A DNA stretch of 64,000 bases from Lepidodermella squamata (Eukaryota > Animalia > Gastrotricha), in contig JBLDXI010000054.1 of assembly GCA_047495785.1 (NCBI GenBank), forward strand, positions 1,364,001 through 1,428,000, given 5' to 3'. A model generated the notes under the pieces. The model saw only the letters and a list, made by a program, of their open reading frames with translations, was not told where the DNA came from and did not search any database. Position 1 is the stretch's first letter. Each line of letters begins with the position of its first letter. This document shows, in pieces, positions 61,529 to 64,000 of this stretch. The translations under genes and the position numbers were made by a program.

Positions 61529-63827
61529 TTACTGATCAGCTGTTTCGTTTTTCAGGCCGAGATATCGGTTGTAGGCGGCCATGGCGCCGGCCAGGGCGGA
61601 ATTCGTCGCATCCTGTTGCGGTTCAGCACACGATTTCTGCTGGGTTGATAGTTGCTGTTGTTGCTGTTGCTGTTGCTCGGCTGAGGACGCGACGCTGAAC
61701 GGCGACGAGTGCTGGTCGCCGTCAGTACTCGTCGAGCCGCCGAGACCAGCGAGGGCCCGCGAGCACTGTTGTTGGAAGGCGAGGTTGCCGAGCCCGGCGA
61801 ATTGTTGCTGCGTGGCCGAGGCTGTGGCGGAGTTTGGGTTCATTGAACCGGAACCGGCTGCGGCGGCGGCTAGGGAGCTTGCGAAGCCGAGGTAGGCGCC
61901 GGCTACGTCGTTGTAAGCAGCGGCGTTGGAACCGGCCGCCATGGCGCTGTTGGAACCCATCGACGCGGCGCCACGCATCATTTGACCGGCTTGGAACGCA
62001 GAGCCAAAGTTCGAAGTTGGATTGCGCAACTAAAAAATTAAAAAATTACCAATTTGAGTGAAACGGGAATTTTCAAGAAATAATAGATAGATAAATCCGT
62101 TCAATTCGAAAAATACCTGGTATTACCCGAAAATACCGTAATTACCATTTTCGGTATTACCGGGTTTTTTAGTCTGATCGGTAAATTTTGGAAATTTGAG
62201 TCATCGTTTTTGAATTATTTTTGGCCAGGCGAATATCAATAATTTTCTCGGGTTTTACCGGGAATTTTCGGTATTTCTTATTTTTCCTTACCTGGTTAAC
62301 AGTCGAAGCGGAACCAGGGAACGAGTTGATGAGATTCGAAGCCGCCGATGACGAGAAAGCCGCCGCGTTGGCGAAGTTGGGGTAATTCTGGTAGAAATTC
62401 GCCCCGCTCGAATTGCCAACACCGGAATTCGCGCCACCAAACGACGAGCCGAACATGTTAGTCGAAGGCTGGTTTTGCATCAACGAGCGGAACCCAGCCG
62501 AGGCGGAACCGAGAGCCGGGTAGGCTTGGGGTTGGTGCCAGCCAGCAGCCAGGGCCGAGGCGCCGGCATCACCGGCCATAACGCCGGCGAGCAACAGGTT
62601 GAGATCGCGGGGTTCGACGCCGAATTTCGCACCGCAGCCTAACGCAGCCTGGTGATGGGCGAGGTTAGCGAACATTCCTGGGGCGCCGCCTAACATTCCG
62701 GCGGCTGAGCAGTCTTTCGGACGGATATTACGGCGATTTCTCGTCTGGATTGTTTCCTTCTTCAGCGTAATTGGCCGATTAACCTAAAAGAAAAAATTTC
62801 AAATTAATTTTTTAAATTTCAAATTAATTTTTAAATCTCTAATTTTTAATTTCTAAATTTTTCTAAATTTTAATAAAGATTTTTGATATTTTTTTCACTG
62901 AATCTTTCAACTTTAAAATTTTAAAATTCAAAATTTAATCAATTTTCAAATTTTCAAAATTTTCAGAATTTTTTTTCTTATGTTAAACTGTTTAGTTAGT
63001 AATTTACTAATTTGTTTCGCACAATTTTTCATGAATTAAAATTTCCGGTTCCGTGATTTCGGAATGTTACGCTGTATTCGCGTCTGGATAGTTGATCGCG
63101 CTAGTTGTTGATCGGCGTAATCGGCCTGTTAATAACCCGCTAATCATCACCATCATTATCATCATCGCCACTAGTTAACAAGTCGCGGCGACATAACTCG
63201 CATCATCAGTTCATCAACGCGCGCGCGACGCGGAATGACCCCGGTTTTATTGCCCCAACGAGCGCGACTTATTACTATTATTACCGACCCGACTACCTGA
63301 GAGAGTTTAATTGGCTCACAACACTTGGCGACGATGAAGTCACTTCATTATCTCGACCCCGCTCAGGTATGGCGGCGTGTATGCTAAATGACACGGTGAG
63401 ATAAGGCGATGCGTACAAAACGGCGCGTTTTTTCATCAAAAATAATAATCAACAACGTTAATCATATAACGTCACGCTTGGCCGCCACTTTACATACAAA
63501 TGCTGCAAAAAATTGAGCGCGAGACACTAGCATGAGGCGGGAAAGAAAGTAATTTGTTCACACACAGCGCTATCGAGTCGTCCATCGAAGATGGCAACAT
63601 GAAATATTTCGTGGCTTTTCAACATATCTACAGTCATTTAATACGCTTGAATAGCGATGAGATGGCGAGTTAAAATACGATAAAAAAAAATTGTGTATTA
63701 CGTTGTGCAGCTTCCAATAAAGACCGCAGGCATTGCAGATAGGATCGCCGTTTGTGTTGCGCCGCCACAGCGTTGTGTTGTTCGTTCCGCAGTTGATGCA
63801 GATGAGATTTTGTCGCCGGCTTGGAAC
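61529..63827 (-). CDS. GATA zinc-finger transcription factor, GATA1/2/3 class; 3' exons only (5' part upstream, largely outside the window)
   Basis: Exon 63827-63702 [33 protein letters not shown] spliced to [18 protein letters not shown] (TRNR basic tail is typical of GATA123). Ala/Ser/Gln-rich C-terminal exons about 62782-62292 and 62029-61529. Confidence 0.88.
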
Positions 63828-64000
63828 CTGAGAAGAAGAGAAAACGAGATGGTGAAAAATTATTTCAATCAATCGATAATCTAGGGGGAAAAGCGCGTGC
63901 CGCTTGGGAATAGGTTATGAAATTTTTCAGATGCGACGCGTGATAGGACTGGTCTAGCCGGCTGGTGGCCATTTGGCGGTGTGCCGCCGCGCCTTTTTGA

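Overview
Intron-containing genomic DNA from an invertebrate animal (short GT-AG introns of about 50-60 nt, no prokaryotic operon structure). The taxon cannot be fixed from sequence alone. The window is mostly a cluster of secreted-protein genes. (1) A family of triple C-type-lectin-like (CTLD) genes: 6 apparently intact copies, 1 frameshifted copy and 2 remnants. Each encodes signal peptide + 3 minimal CTLDs + (usually) a Thr-rich stalk + a short, highly variable, usually Cys-looped C-terminal peptide; the copies share a FoxA-site/E-box/TATA promoter. (2) Five intact CAP/SCP/TAPS (venom-allergen-like) genes plus one transposon-disrupted copy. (3) Two Gly/Tyr-rich convertase-processed precursors. 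Also present: a divergent Cys-loop ligand-gated channel subunit, a RING + J-domain gene, an intronless bacterial-type VOC/glyoxalase gene (HGT candidate), sorbitol-dehydrogenase and BTB pseudogene fragments, the 3' part of a GATA1/2/3-class transcription factor, a decayed LINE, a TA-flanked Tc1/IS630-like element with a second Myb-like ORF, and several MITEs and hairpins. The best candidate for an undescribed system is the conserved-lectin-carrier / variable-peptide family, apparently reshuffled by gene conversion within a probable gland-secretion gene cluster. Gene models were spliced by eye; the single ORFs in the track are mostly exon fragments.
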